NCBI GenBank assembly: GCA_964502625.1
Contig: CAZCXL010000001.1
Coordinates: 1 to 31,699 of the forward strand
Length of the DNA stretch: 31,699 nt
Reading direction: 5' to 3'
Source of the DNA: an uncultured Planctomycetales bacterium
GTDB lineage: Bacteria > Planctomycetota > UBA1135
Position 1 is the stretch's first letter. Every line of letters starts with the position of its first letter. A model generated the notes under the pieces. The model saw only the letters and a list, made by a program, of their open reading frames with translations, was not told the origin of the DNA and searched no databases. Shown here in pieces: positions 15,496-23,752 of the stretch. Position numbers and translations under genes: made by a program.

Positions 15496-17343
15496 CTACA
15501 TTAGGCCGAACCAGAAGGATACTCCCAGAGTCAGCGCGATCCATGTGATGATGGTGATGGGGACGCCGGCGCGCAGAAAGTCGGACGGTTTGTATCCGCC
15601 GGGACCGTAGACCATCAAGTTGACTTGATGTCCCCAGTGCGTGGCGAAAGAGAGCGAGGAACTGAAGGCCACGGTCAGGATGAAGGCGCGCACCAAGTTC
15701 GCCTGATCGAGATGCGGATGCAACTCGGCGAGGCGCTGTCCGGCGCGGATCGCGATGGGTGTCACCAGCACGCCAACCGCATTGTTGGAGACGATGTTGG
15801 TCAGGACGCCGCAGAGCAACGAGAGTCCGCCGAGCACGGCGACTGGTCCCCATGAATCCAATGCACGCACCAGAGCCGCTGCTGCCTGCGAAGCGAGCCC
15901 TGTGTTGGTCATCGCTTGGCCGAGACCAATCGTGCCGATGATGAAAACCAGAATGGGCCAATCCAGAGCACGATAGGCGCGGCGCGCGGTCAGACATCCA
16001 CCCACCACGGCAGCGAAACCGCCTCCAATCGAGATCCACGGCAGCAAGCGCCCGGCGTGCCCGAGCGAGGCGGCCGTGAATCCAGCCATGACGGCCACGG
16101 TGATCGCGAGCGCGATGCGCGCCTTGTTGCGCAGCACCACCCAATTGTGTGCGCCAGTGAGTAGGAAGAATTCGTTGCTGGCGCGAATCCGCGCCCGCGA
16201 GTTTTCGTCGCCGATCACGAGCAGCAAATCGCCGCTGCTCAGCCGGAGCTTGGAGGCGCGCTCGCGAATGTGATGGCCGCCGCGCAACACGGCCAAAGTG
16301 ACCACGCCGAAGTCGCGGAAGATGTGAAGATCTCCGATTTCTCGGCCGAGCATCGAGGAATGCGGCGCGACCGCGAGCTCGAAGAACTGCATGGTCTTGG
16401 AGTCGTAGCTCGTGTCATTGAAGAGTTTCAACCCGAGCGCGGTCTGCAATCCAGCGATCACGTCCACGTTGCCGCGCAGCATTACGACGTCGCCGGCCTC
16501 GATCGTCTCGCTGAAGTACGGCGGCCAATGCATGTCCTCGCCGCGCACGAAGAACAGCAGTTCCGCGCGCGAGCCTTCGAAGGCGTCACAGAATTTTCTG
16601 CCGAGCAACGGCGAAGTGGGGCCGATCACGAGCTCCGTGACGTATTCCCGCGCCTCGTCGCTGCTGATCATGGAACTCAGCGAATGTCGCACCGGAAACA
16701 GACGGCGCGCGAATATCGCCATCAGCACCGTGCCGACGACCAGCAGCGGAAATCCGATCGGCGCCATCTCGAACATGCCGATGGCGTCGTAACCCTCGCT
16801 CTCAGCCACACCGCTGACGAGCAGGTTGGTGCTGGTACCCACCAGAGTGCACATGCCTCCAAAGAGGGTTGCGTAGACCAGCGGCATCAGCAGCCGCGAT
16901 GCCGCCAAGTGCGAACGACGCGCAAGATCCAGCACCACCGGCACGAAAATCAGCACCACGGCCGTGTTCGCCAGAAACGCAGAGATGATGCCAGCCACCA
17001 GGCCGATCACCAGCACGATCCTGCGCTCTCGGCCGCCAGTGGCTCCGGTGACCGCGCGCGCGATGAACTCGACCGCTCCGGTGCGCGAGAGGGCTTCTCC
17101 CAGCACGTAGAGGCCGGCCACCGTCATCACCGCGCTGTTGCCGATGTTCTCGAGCGCTTGCCGCGCGCCGAGCAGCATGGTGGCGGGCTCGAAACTCGGA
17201 TCGAAGAAGCGCAGCACCTCGCCGCCAGCCACGAGGGCGCCGAGGATTCCCAGACCGACGGCGTCCAGAGAGGCCTTCTCTGTGAACAGAAAAAATAGGG
17301 TGAGCGCGGTGACCGCCAACACCAGGATCGCCGCGGGACTCAT
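15496..17343 (-). CDS. SLC13/DASS-family permease with TrkA-C (RCK_C) domains, paralog 1 (615 aa)
   Basis: SAFLANTA, GGMCTLVGTSTNLL, central hydrophilic region with SPLLGR and GDVVML/GDLLLV repeats, TNIVSNNA, NLMVYGPGGY. Confidence 0.88.
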   Translation of the reverse strand: MSPAAILVLAVTALTLFFLFTEKASLDAVGLGILGALVAGGEVLRFFDPSFEPATMLLGARQALENIGNSAVMTVAGLYVLGEALSRTGAVEFIARAVTGATGGRERRIVLVIGLVAGIISAFLANTAVVLIFVPVVLDLARRSHLAASRLLMPLVYATLFGGMCTLVGTSTNLLVSGVAESEGYDAIGMFEMAPIGFPLLVVGTVLMAIFARRLFPVRHSLSSMISSDEAREYVTELVIGPTSPLLGRKFCDAFEGSRAELLFFVRGEDMHWPPYFSETIEAGDVVMLRGNVDVIAGLQTALGLKLFNDTSYDSKTMQFFELAVAPHSSMLGREIGDLHIFRDFGVVTLAVLRGGHHIRERASKLRLSSGDLLLVIGDENSRARIRASNEFFLLTGAHNWVVLRNKARIALAITVAVMAGFTAASLGHAGRLLPWISIGGGFAAVVGGCLTARRAYRALDWPILVFIIGTIGLGQAMTNTGLASQAAAALVRALDSWGPVAVLGGLSLLCGVLTNIVSNNAVGVLVTPIAIRAGQRLAELHPHLDQANLVRAFILTVAFSSSLSFATHWGHQVNLMVYGPGGYKPSDFLRAGVPITIITWIALTLGVSFWFGLM

Positions 17344-17369
17344 GGTCCGCTCATGCTAGCGGAGACGGC

Positions 17370-19217
17370 CTAGAGCAACCCGGTCATCCACGGAACTCCC
17401 ACGCTCACGGCCACCCAGGTGATGAGGGTGATGGGAAGGCCAGCGCGCAAGTAGTCGGTCGGACGGTAGCCGCCGGGACCGTAGACCATCAGATTGACTT
17501 GGTGCCCCCAGTGCGTCGCGAAGGAAGCCGAGGCGCTGAAGGCCACGGTCAGCATAAAGGCACGCGCCAGTTTGTCCGCATCCACTTCGGCATGCAGGGG
17601 CGCCAGTTCTCGCGCTGCATAGATCGCGATGGGCGTCACGAGGACCCCGATCGCGTTGTTGGACATGATGGCCGTGCCCACGATGCAGAAGGCCGACAAG
17701 CCAGAGAGCACGGCCAAAGGCCCGAAATTCTCGAGTCCCGCCACGAGCTTGTGCGCGGCGAGCGAAGCCACGCCGGAGTTGCGCATGGCTTCACTCAATC
17801 CGAGAGTGCCAATGATGAACAATAAGATGGGCCATTCGATGGAGCGGTAGGCGCGGCGCGCGGTCAGACAACCCGCGCCGATCATTCCAATGGCAGCCGC
17901 GATGGCGGCAAAGGGGAGCAACTCCGTACGCCCGAACAACGAGAGCAGCGAGAAGACGACGACCATGCCAAGCGCGATCAAGACCGCTCGTGTGCCGAGT
18001 CCGCGCAGCCGGATCGTCTTCTCGGCGCCGGTGAGCAGATAGAAGTCGCTGCTGGCGCGCACTTTGTCTTGCGCGGTCTTGTCTCCGACCACCAGCAGCA
18101 GGTCGCCGGGCTGCACCGGAAGCATCGAGGCCCGTTCGCGGATGTGATGTGCGCCGCGCAACACCGCCACCGTCACCACTCCATAGTCCCGGAACAAATT
18201 CAGAGTCTTGACCAGGCGCCCGATCATCGAGGAGCCTGGCGCGATGGCGAGCTCGAAGAACTGCATGGTGCGCGGATCGAAACGGTCCGCGTTGAAAAGG
18301 CGCAAACCGAGTTCATCTTGGAGTCCGGCGATTGCGTCGGCCGTTCCCCGCAGCATGACGACGTCGCCCGGTTGCACGCTTTCGCTGAAGAACGGCGGCC
18401 AGTGCATCTCGTCGCCGCGGGAGAAGAACACCAATTCTGCCTTCACGCCGGCAAACGCTTCTCCGTAAGAACGCCCGAGCAGTGGGGAAGCAGGGCCGAT
18501 CGTGAGCTCCGTGACGTACTCGCGCATCGGCGCGGAGCCAAGCATTGCCGTGAGAGAGTGGCGGCTCGGGAGGAGGCGCTTGGCCATGATGGCCATGAAA
18601 ACCACTCCCAAGATCATCAACGGAAACCCGAGGGGCGCCATCTCGAACATCCGCATCGGCGCAAGCCCACTGCGCTCCGCCGCGTCACTCACCAGCAGGT
18701 TGGTGCTCGTTCCAACCAGTGTGCACATGCCTCCGAGCAGCGACGCGAAGGCGAGCGGAATCATCAACCGAGAGGGCGGGATGTTTGTGCGACGCGAAAT
18801 GTCCAAGACCACCGGCAAGAGGACGAGCACGACCGCCGTGTCGTTCAAGAAGGCGGACAGGCCACCTGCGATCAGACCAACCCAGAGCGCAATCCGGAGA
18901 TGGCTCCCGCCAGAGTTGCGCAGGGCGATCCGCGCCAAGACTTCCAGGGCTCCGGTCCGCGACAATCCCTCGCTGACGATGAACAGAGCAGCGATGGTCA
19001 GGATCGCCGGTGTCGCGAAGCCGAGGATTGCCTGCTTGGCACCCAGGAGTTGCAGCGCCGGGTCGAAGCTCGGATCGAAGATGCGGAGCAGCTCACCGCC
19101 GCCAACGAGCGCGATCAGTAATCCCAGGCCAAGCAGATCGAGCGTGCCCTTCCCGCTGAAAAGCAGGACCAGCAGGACAACCGTCACGGCAACGACCAGG
19201 ACGCCTTCCGGACCCAC
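17370..19217 (-). CDS. SLC13/DASS-family permease with TrkA-C domains, paralog 2 (615 aa)
   Basis: Same motifs as paralog 1. Start moved from 19760 to GTG 19217: MGPEGVLVVAVT aligns with MSPAAILVLAVT, a TACCAT box lies 6 nt upstream, and the length then equals paralog 1 exactly. Confidence 0.88.
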   Translation of the reverse strand: MGPEGVLVVAVTVVLLVLLFSGKGTLDLLGLGLLIALVGGGELLRIFDPSFDPALQLLGAKQAILGFATPAILTIAALFIVSEGLSRTGALEVLARIALRNSGGSHLRIALWVGLIAGGLSAFLNDTAVVLVLLPVVLDISRRTNIPPSRLMIPLAFASLLGGMCTLVGTSTNLLVSDAAERSGLAPMRMFEMAPLGFPLMILGVVFMAIMAKRLLPSRHSLTAMLGSAPMREYVTELTIGPASPLLGRSYGEAFAGVKAELVFFSRGDEMHWPPFFSESVQPGDVVMLRGTADAIAGLQDELGLRLFNADRFDPRTMQFFELAIAPGSSMIGRLVKTLNLFRDYGVVTVAVLRGAHHIRERASMLPVQPGDLLLVVGDKTAQDKVRASSDFYLLTGAEKTIRLRGLGTRAVLIALGMVVVFSLLSLFGRTELLPFAAIAAAIGMIGAGCLTARRAYRSIEWPILLFIIGTLGLSEAMRNSGVASLAAHKLVAGLENFGPLAVLSGLSAFCIVGTAIMSNNAIGVLVTPIAIYAARELAPLHAEVDADKLARAFMLTVAFSASASFATHWGHQVNLMVYGPGGYRPTDYLRAGLPITLITWVAVSVGVPWMTGLL

Positions 19218-19234
19218 GCGGTTATGGTAGTCGA
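19218..19234. promoter_or_regulatory. Putative bidirectional promoter: overlapping -10 boxes TATGGT (+, 19223-19228) and TACCAT (-, 19224-19229)
   Basis: Each box is exactly 6 nt from the start codon on its own strand (ATG 19235, GTG 19217). Confidence 0.6.
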
Positions 19235-20047
19235 ATGCGTCGATGGCTCGCATTGGTCCTGCTCGCGAGTTGCGGACAGCCGGATTCCGAGCACGCCAGC
19301 GTCGGCGGCGTGGTAGTGATTGGGCCGGGGACGGAAGCCACGCTCTTCGCGCTCGGCCTGGGGGATCAACTCGGCGGAGTTTCGGACTTCTGCACGGTTG
19401 CGGCGGCGGCCGCCCTGCCGCGCGTGGGCGGACAGGCGAATCCGAACATGGAGCGCATCGCGGCGTTGACTCCGCGTCTCGTGTTGGTGCAGGGCATGCA
19501 CCCCAAACTCGAAGAATGGTGCGCGGGAGCGGGAGTGGAGTTCCACGCCTTTCGCACGGACTCCGTGAGTGCCTGGACGGAAGAAGTGCTCTGGATTGGG
19601 AAAAAATTCGGCGTTCTTGCCGAAGCAGAGGCGGAAATCGCGCGGATGCATCGTGCTCTCGCAGACCTGCGCGGCACCGGACCCACCCGCCGGACCTTAC
19701 TCGTCGTTTCCAGGCGCGCGGAGGAGGCCTCGGGGATTCTCGGCGCCGGACCTGGAACATTTCTCTCAGAACTGTTGGTCGCTGCTGGCGGAGTGAACGT
19801 GCTGCCGCCCGGATCCTCCGCCTACCCCGAAGTGAATGAAGAGAGTCTGATCCGGCTCGATCCCGAGACGATCATCGAGTTCACTCCCGGCGGAGCAGAC
19901 GACGCGCTCACGATTTGGACGCGCTCATTTCCTGCGATGAGCGCAGTGCGCGCGCGTCGCGTGAGCGTAGTGCATCACTCAGAGGCGCTGATACCAGGCC
20001 CGCGCATGGACGAAGTGGCGCGCGCGATCGCCGCGCTCTTGCGCTGA
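19235..20047 (+). CDS. BtuF-like helical-backbone periplasmic binding lipoprotein (cobalamin/heme/Fe-siderophore class)
   Basis: Lipobox LLASC, GPGTEATLFALG, GVSDFC, PRVGGQANPNMERIAAL, GPGTFLSELLVAAGGVN, IPGPR. Confidence 0.8.
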   Translation: MRRWLALVLLASCGQPDSEHASVGGVVVIGPGTEATLFALGLGDQLGGVSDFCTVAAAAALPRVGGQANPNMERIAALTPRLVLVQGMHPKLEEWCAGAGVEFHAFRTDSVSAWTEEVLWIGKKFGVLAEAEAEIARMHRALADLRGTGPTRRTLLVVSRRAEEASGILGAGPGTFLSELLVAAGGVNVLPPGSSAYPEVNEESLIRLDPETIIEFTPGGADDALTIWTRSFPAMSAVRARRVSVVHHSEALIPGPRMDEVARAIAALLR

Positions 20048-20080
20048 GTGACTCGCGCCCCGCTATGCTCGCGCAGCATC

Positions 20081-20772
20081 GTGGGACCGGCTGATTCGTT
20101 GACTCGCGCCGCGATCGTGCACCGCTCGCTGCGCTTCCTCGGTCCTGTGACCGAGCAGACCGCTGTTGAATTCGTCGAGTCCTTGCGACTGTCCGCGGAC
20201 GCCCGCGTGCTCGATGCCGGCACTGCCGACGCCGCGTGGTCCGGCAAGACTTCCACCCGCTGGGGTTGTGCCACGCAACCGTCTCGACGCCGGCGGGCTG
20301 GCTGACCGGCGACCACGCGTGGATTGGCGGCATCGAACCCTACGACTGCGTTCTGGATCTGGGCGCTCCCTATCCAGATGCAACCGTGTATGACCATCTC
20401 ACCGCCGCGCGCGAAGTTCTGCGCCCCGGCGGACAACTGTTGCTTGGAACGGGCTATTGGCGACTGCCGCCGGCGCCGAGTTACTTGCGGCGCAGCGGTT
20501 TCGCTCCAGGCGCGATGTCGGGTCTCGGCTCCACGTTCGCACTCGCCGCGGAGTGCGGATTCCGCATTCGGCATTGGTCCGCGTCGGCCGTGGACGCCTG
20601 GGAGGCTTATGAATCCGCCTTCCGCGAACGCTGGGTGCAGTGGGCGGACTCGCACCCTGCCCATCCGCAAGCCGCGCAAACCCGGGATCTCGTCGAAGAG
20701 CGTTGGCAGGCCTGGTTGTCCGAAGGCCGCTACGTTCTCGGCTTCGCGCTCATTCTTGCGAAGTCGGAGTGA
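20081..20772 (+). pseudogene. Frameshifted class I SAM-dependent methyltransferase (pseudogene or assembly error)
   Basis: The N-half (ORF 20048-20305) ends in RVLDAG (motif I start). The C-half (ORF 20236-20772) has YDCVLDLGA, LRPGGQLLLGTGYW and GRYVLGFAL. The frame changes between ~20221 and ~20300. Start at GTG 20048 or 20081 (TATGCT box at 20064-20069). Confidence 0.6.
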
Positions 20773-21355
20773 ATGCGCGCTCGATCAACTCACAGAAACA
20801 GTGACCGAAGAGTAGGTGCGCCTCTTGGATGCGCGGCGTGTCCTGGCTCGGCGCAACGAATGCGAGGTCGCAGCGCGACGCAAGTTTTCCGCCGCCGCGG
20901 CCCGTGACGCCGACGACTTTCGCGCCGGCACGCTGCGCGGCTTCGGCTGCGCGCAGAATGTTCGTGCTGTTGCCGCTAGTGCTGATGGCGACGAAGAGAT
21001 CGCCTGCGCGGACGTGCGCGCGCACCTGACGCTCGAAGACCTCCTCCGCCGGATAATCATTGACGAGCGCGGTGTAGGTTGAGGAGTTTACGGTCAGCGC
21101 ATGCACGTTGAGGGGCTCGCGCTCGGTGAGGTAGCGCCCCACGAGCTCTGCGGCCCAGTGCTGCGCATCTGCGGCGCTGCCCCCGTTTCCGGCGAGAAAT
21201 ACGCCGCCGCCAGGGCGCTTGAGCGCAGTAATGGCGAGATCCGCCGCGCGGGACACGAGTTGCGCAAACTCGGCGCCCAGCGCGGAGTACACCGACTGCG
21301 CCTCACGCAGCCGCTGAGCGACGAGGGTGACGGAATCGGTCGCGGTGCGGCCCAT
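20750..21355 (-). CDS. gmhA: D-sedoheptulose 7-phosphate isomerase (SIS domain)
   Basis: AGNGGSAADAQH, ALVNDY, FERQV, AISTSGNS, TPRIQEAH. Start moved to ATG 21355 (TACCAT box 8 nt upstream). Confidence 0.9.
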   Translation of the reverse strand: MGRTATDSVTLVAQRLREAQSVYSALGAEFAQLVSRAADLAITALKRPGGGVFLAGNGGSAADAQHWAAELVGRYLTEREPLNVHALTVNSSTYTALVNDYPAEEVFERQVRAHVRAGDLFVAISTSGNSTNILRAAEAAQRAGAKVVGVTGRGGGKLASRCDLAFVAPSQDTPRIQEAHLLFGHCFCELIERAFTPTSQE

Positions 21356-21391
21356 GGCGCCGGATGGTAGCAAGGGCCATCATGGGGAAGG

Positions 21392-22171
21392 ATGACTCTC
21401 GCCGCCCGCGCACTCTCGGTCTCCTGGCCGCGCGTGGGCAAGGTGCTGCACGGCGTCACGCTGGAGTTCGCGGCGGGCGAGTTTTGCGCGCTGGTCGGCC
21501 CGAACGGGGCTGGAAAGTCCACGCTGCTCCGCGCGCTCGCCGGCCTCGCCCTGCCCTGTGCAGGCGCAGTGTTGCTCGATGCCGCTCCGCTCTCAGCCAT
21601 GCCCTGGAGCGAGCGAGCGCGCAAGATCGGATTTCTTCCGCAGGAAGTGCAGCCGGCATTTTCCTTCCGCGCCGCCGAGGCGGTGGAACTCGGCACGCGC
21701 GTCGCGCGACGCACCCGCTGGCATGAGCGAAATCCGAGTGCGGCGGGGAGCGCCGCCGTGACCCGCGCGCTGACCGACGTGGATGCCGTGCATCTCGCAG
21801 AGCGTCGGCTCGACGAACTTTCCGGCGGAGAGCGCCGACGCGTGTTGGTCGCGAGCGTGCTGGCGCAGGAGCCGCGCTGGCTGATTCTCGACGAACCGGC
21901 CGCCATGTTGGATCTGCACCATCAAGCCTCCCTCTTTCGTCTCCTGCGCAAACTCGCCGGAGAGGGATTGGGAGTGATTTGCTCCACCCACGATCTGAAT
22001 CTTGCCGCGCGCTTTACTGGGCGCATGACGCTCCTGGATGAAGGACGCGTCACTGCGGACGGTCCGCCAGCCGATGTGCTGCGCTCGCGCGCGCTCGCAC
22101 ACAGTTTCGGCTCCGAGTTTCAACTCCTGGAAAATCCGGGCGGTCTACCGGCAGTGCTGCCGCGCGCATGA
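21392..22171 (+). CDS. ABC transporter ATPase, BtuD/FepC/FhuC-like
   Basis: Walker A GPNGAGKST, Q-loop FLPQ, signature LSGGE, Walker B ILDEP, H-loop THDLN. Confidence 0.9.
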   Translation: MTLAARALSVSWPRVGKVLHGVTLEFAAGEFCALVGPNGAGKSTLLRALAGLALPCAGAVLLDAAPLSAMPWSERARKIGFLPQEVQPAFSFRAAEAVELGTRVARRTRWHERNPSAAGSAAVTRALTDVDAVHLAERRLDELSGGERRRVLVASVLAQEPRWLILDEPAAMLDLHHQASLFRLLRKLAGEGLGVICSTHDLNLAARFTGRMTLLDEGRVTADGPPADVLRSRALAHSFGSEFQLLENPGGLPAVLPRA

Positions 22172-23169
22172 GCGGGCGCATCGCGCTTCTGACTTGCGCA
22201 GGGCTCGCAGTGGCGGCCCTGGCCGCAGGCCCCTTCCTCGGCGCCGAGCCGATCGCGCCGGTGCGCGCGTGGAGCGAATACTTGAGCGCGCCGGCCGCGG
22301 AGTGGTCCCCGGATGCGCGCATCCTGGCCTTGCGCGTGCCACGCGTGCTCTTCGGCTTCATCTGCGGAGCCGCGCTCGCGCTGGCAGGCGCCACGATGCA
22401 GACACTGCTGCGCAATCCACTGGCGTCGCCCTACACCTTAGGCGTATCGGCTGCGAGTTCCTTCGGGGCCTTTCTTGCCGCAGCGTTGGGCGGAGCGGGA
22501 GCGGCAGCCTATGGCGGACAAGCGGCGCGCGCCTTGGCGTTGGCCTTCGGACTTGGAGCCACTGCGCTGGTGCTCGCATTCTCACGACGCAGCCCGCGCA
22601 GTGATGGATTGATTCTCGCGGGCATTGCTCTCAACTTCTTGTTTGGAGCTGGCGTCGTCATCTTGCGCCATCTCGCAGACCCCTTCGACCTCGCCGCCAT
22701 GGAACGTTGGACGCTCGGAGCGCTCGACGTCGTGAGTTTTGCGCCCCTGCTCGGCATGCTGCCGTGGTTGTTGATCGCAGGCGTCTTCCTGTTGCGGCGC
22801 GCACCCGCGCTCGATCATTTGGCCTTCGACGAAGAACTCGCCCAGGCGCGCGGAGTTCCCGTCGCCAAGGTGCGCCGTGAAACCATCTTCGCCGCCGCTA
22901 CCCTCGCCGCCGCCGTGGTCGCCACCACCGGACCGATTGGATTCGTGGGCCTGTTGGTGCCTCATGCAGTGCGGCCCTTCACGGGGATGCGTCACGCAGT
23001 TTTGTTGCCGGCCTGCGCACTGGCGGGAGGCGCGCTGCTGGTGGCCGCAGACGCTCTGGCCCGATCGGTGCAGATTCTCGGGCGCGGCAGTGAGATTCCG
23101 GTGGGCGCGGTCACGGCGATCGTCGGCGCACCGTTTCTGCTGGCCTTGCTGCTGCGCCGCCGGGCCTGA
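22168..23169 (+). CDS. FecCD/BtuC-family ABC permease
   Basis: LRVPRV, QTLLRNPLASPYTLGVS, EELAQARGV, GPIGFVGLLVPH, EIPVGAVTAIVGAPF. ATGA overlap with the ATPase. Confidence 0.9.
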   Translation: MSGRIALLTCAGLAVAALAAGPFLGAEPIAPVRAWSEYLSAPAAEWSPDARILALRVPRVLFGFICGAALALAGATMQTLLRNPLASPYTLGVSAASSFGAFLAAALGGAGAAAYGGQAARALALAFGLGATALVLAFSRRSPRSDGLILAGIALNFLFGAGVVILRHLADPFDLAAMERWTLGALDVVSFAPLLGMLPWLLIAGVFLLRRAPALDHLAFDEELAQARGVPVAKVRRETIFAAATLAAAVVATTGPIGFVGLLVPHAVRPFTGMRHAVLLPACALAGGALLVAADALARSVQILGRGSEIPVGAVTAIVGAPFLLALLLRRRA

Positions 23170-23209
23170 GCCGCGCGGCCGAGGCCTGCTAGAATTGCGG
23201 GTTCATTCG

Positions 23210-23752
23210 ATGACTGAACCCGACCGCGTCCTCATTCAGCATCTGCTGATTTCCTTCCGCGAGACTCCGGTGCAGGCGCCGCGCACGCGCGCCGAGGCCG
23301 AAAGCCTCGCGCACGCGTTGTTCACGCGAGCGCAGGCGGGCGAAGACTTCAGCGCGCTGGCCCGCGAGCACTCCGACGACCCCTGCGAGGAAAACGACCC
23401 GGCACCCGGGCGCTATCTGATTCTGAATCACGGCATCACGAGCGACGGATCCTTCGAGCGCTTGATTGACGGCTCCAATGAACGCGCGGAGAACCACCAC
23501 GCAGAGTTGGAGAAGCAACTTGATGACGGCAAGATCACGGTCGAGCAGGCCGAGCAAGATCTCGAAGCCTTCATCGAAGCGCTACGCAATGAGATCGAAG
23601 CAGCGCGCGCCACGCACGGCTTCCCGCGCGGCACGCTGGTGTCCGCCTTCGGTGACGTGGGCTTCGGCCTTCAGCCGGGCGAGGTTGCGATGGCCGAGCA
23701 CGACGAAGAGCGCTCGCCCTTCGGCTGGCACGTGATCAAGCGCCTGGCGTAG
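23210..23752 (+). CDS. Parvulin-type peptidyl-prolyl isomerase with a ~60-aa internal helical insert
   Basis: QHLLISF, GEDFSALAREHSDD, LVSAFGDVGFGL, SPFGWHVIKR. Start moved from 22877 (overlaps the permease) to ATG 23210; TAGAAT at 23190-23195. Confidence 0.8.
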   Translation: MTEPDRVLIQHLLISFRETPVQAPRTRAEAESLAHALFTRAQAGEDFSALAREHSDDPCEENDPAPGRYLILNHGITSDGSFERLIDGSNERAENHHAELEKQLDDGKITVEQAEQDLEAFIEALRNEIEAARATHGFPRGTLVSAFGDVGFGLQPGEVAMAEHDEERSPFGWHVIKRLA

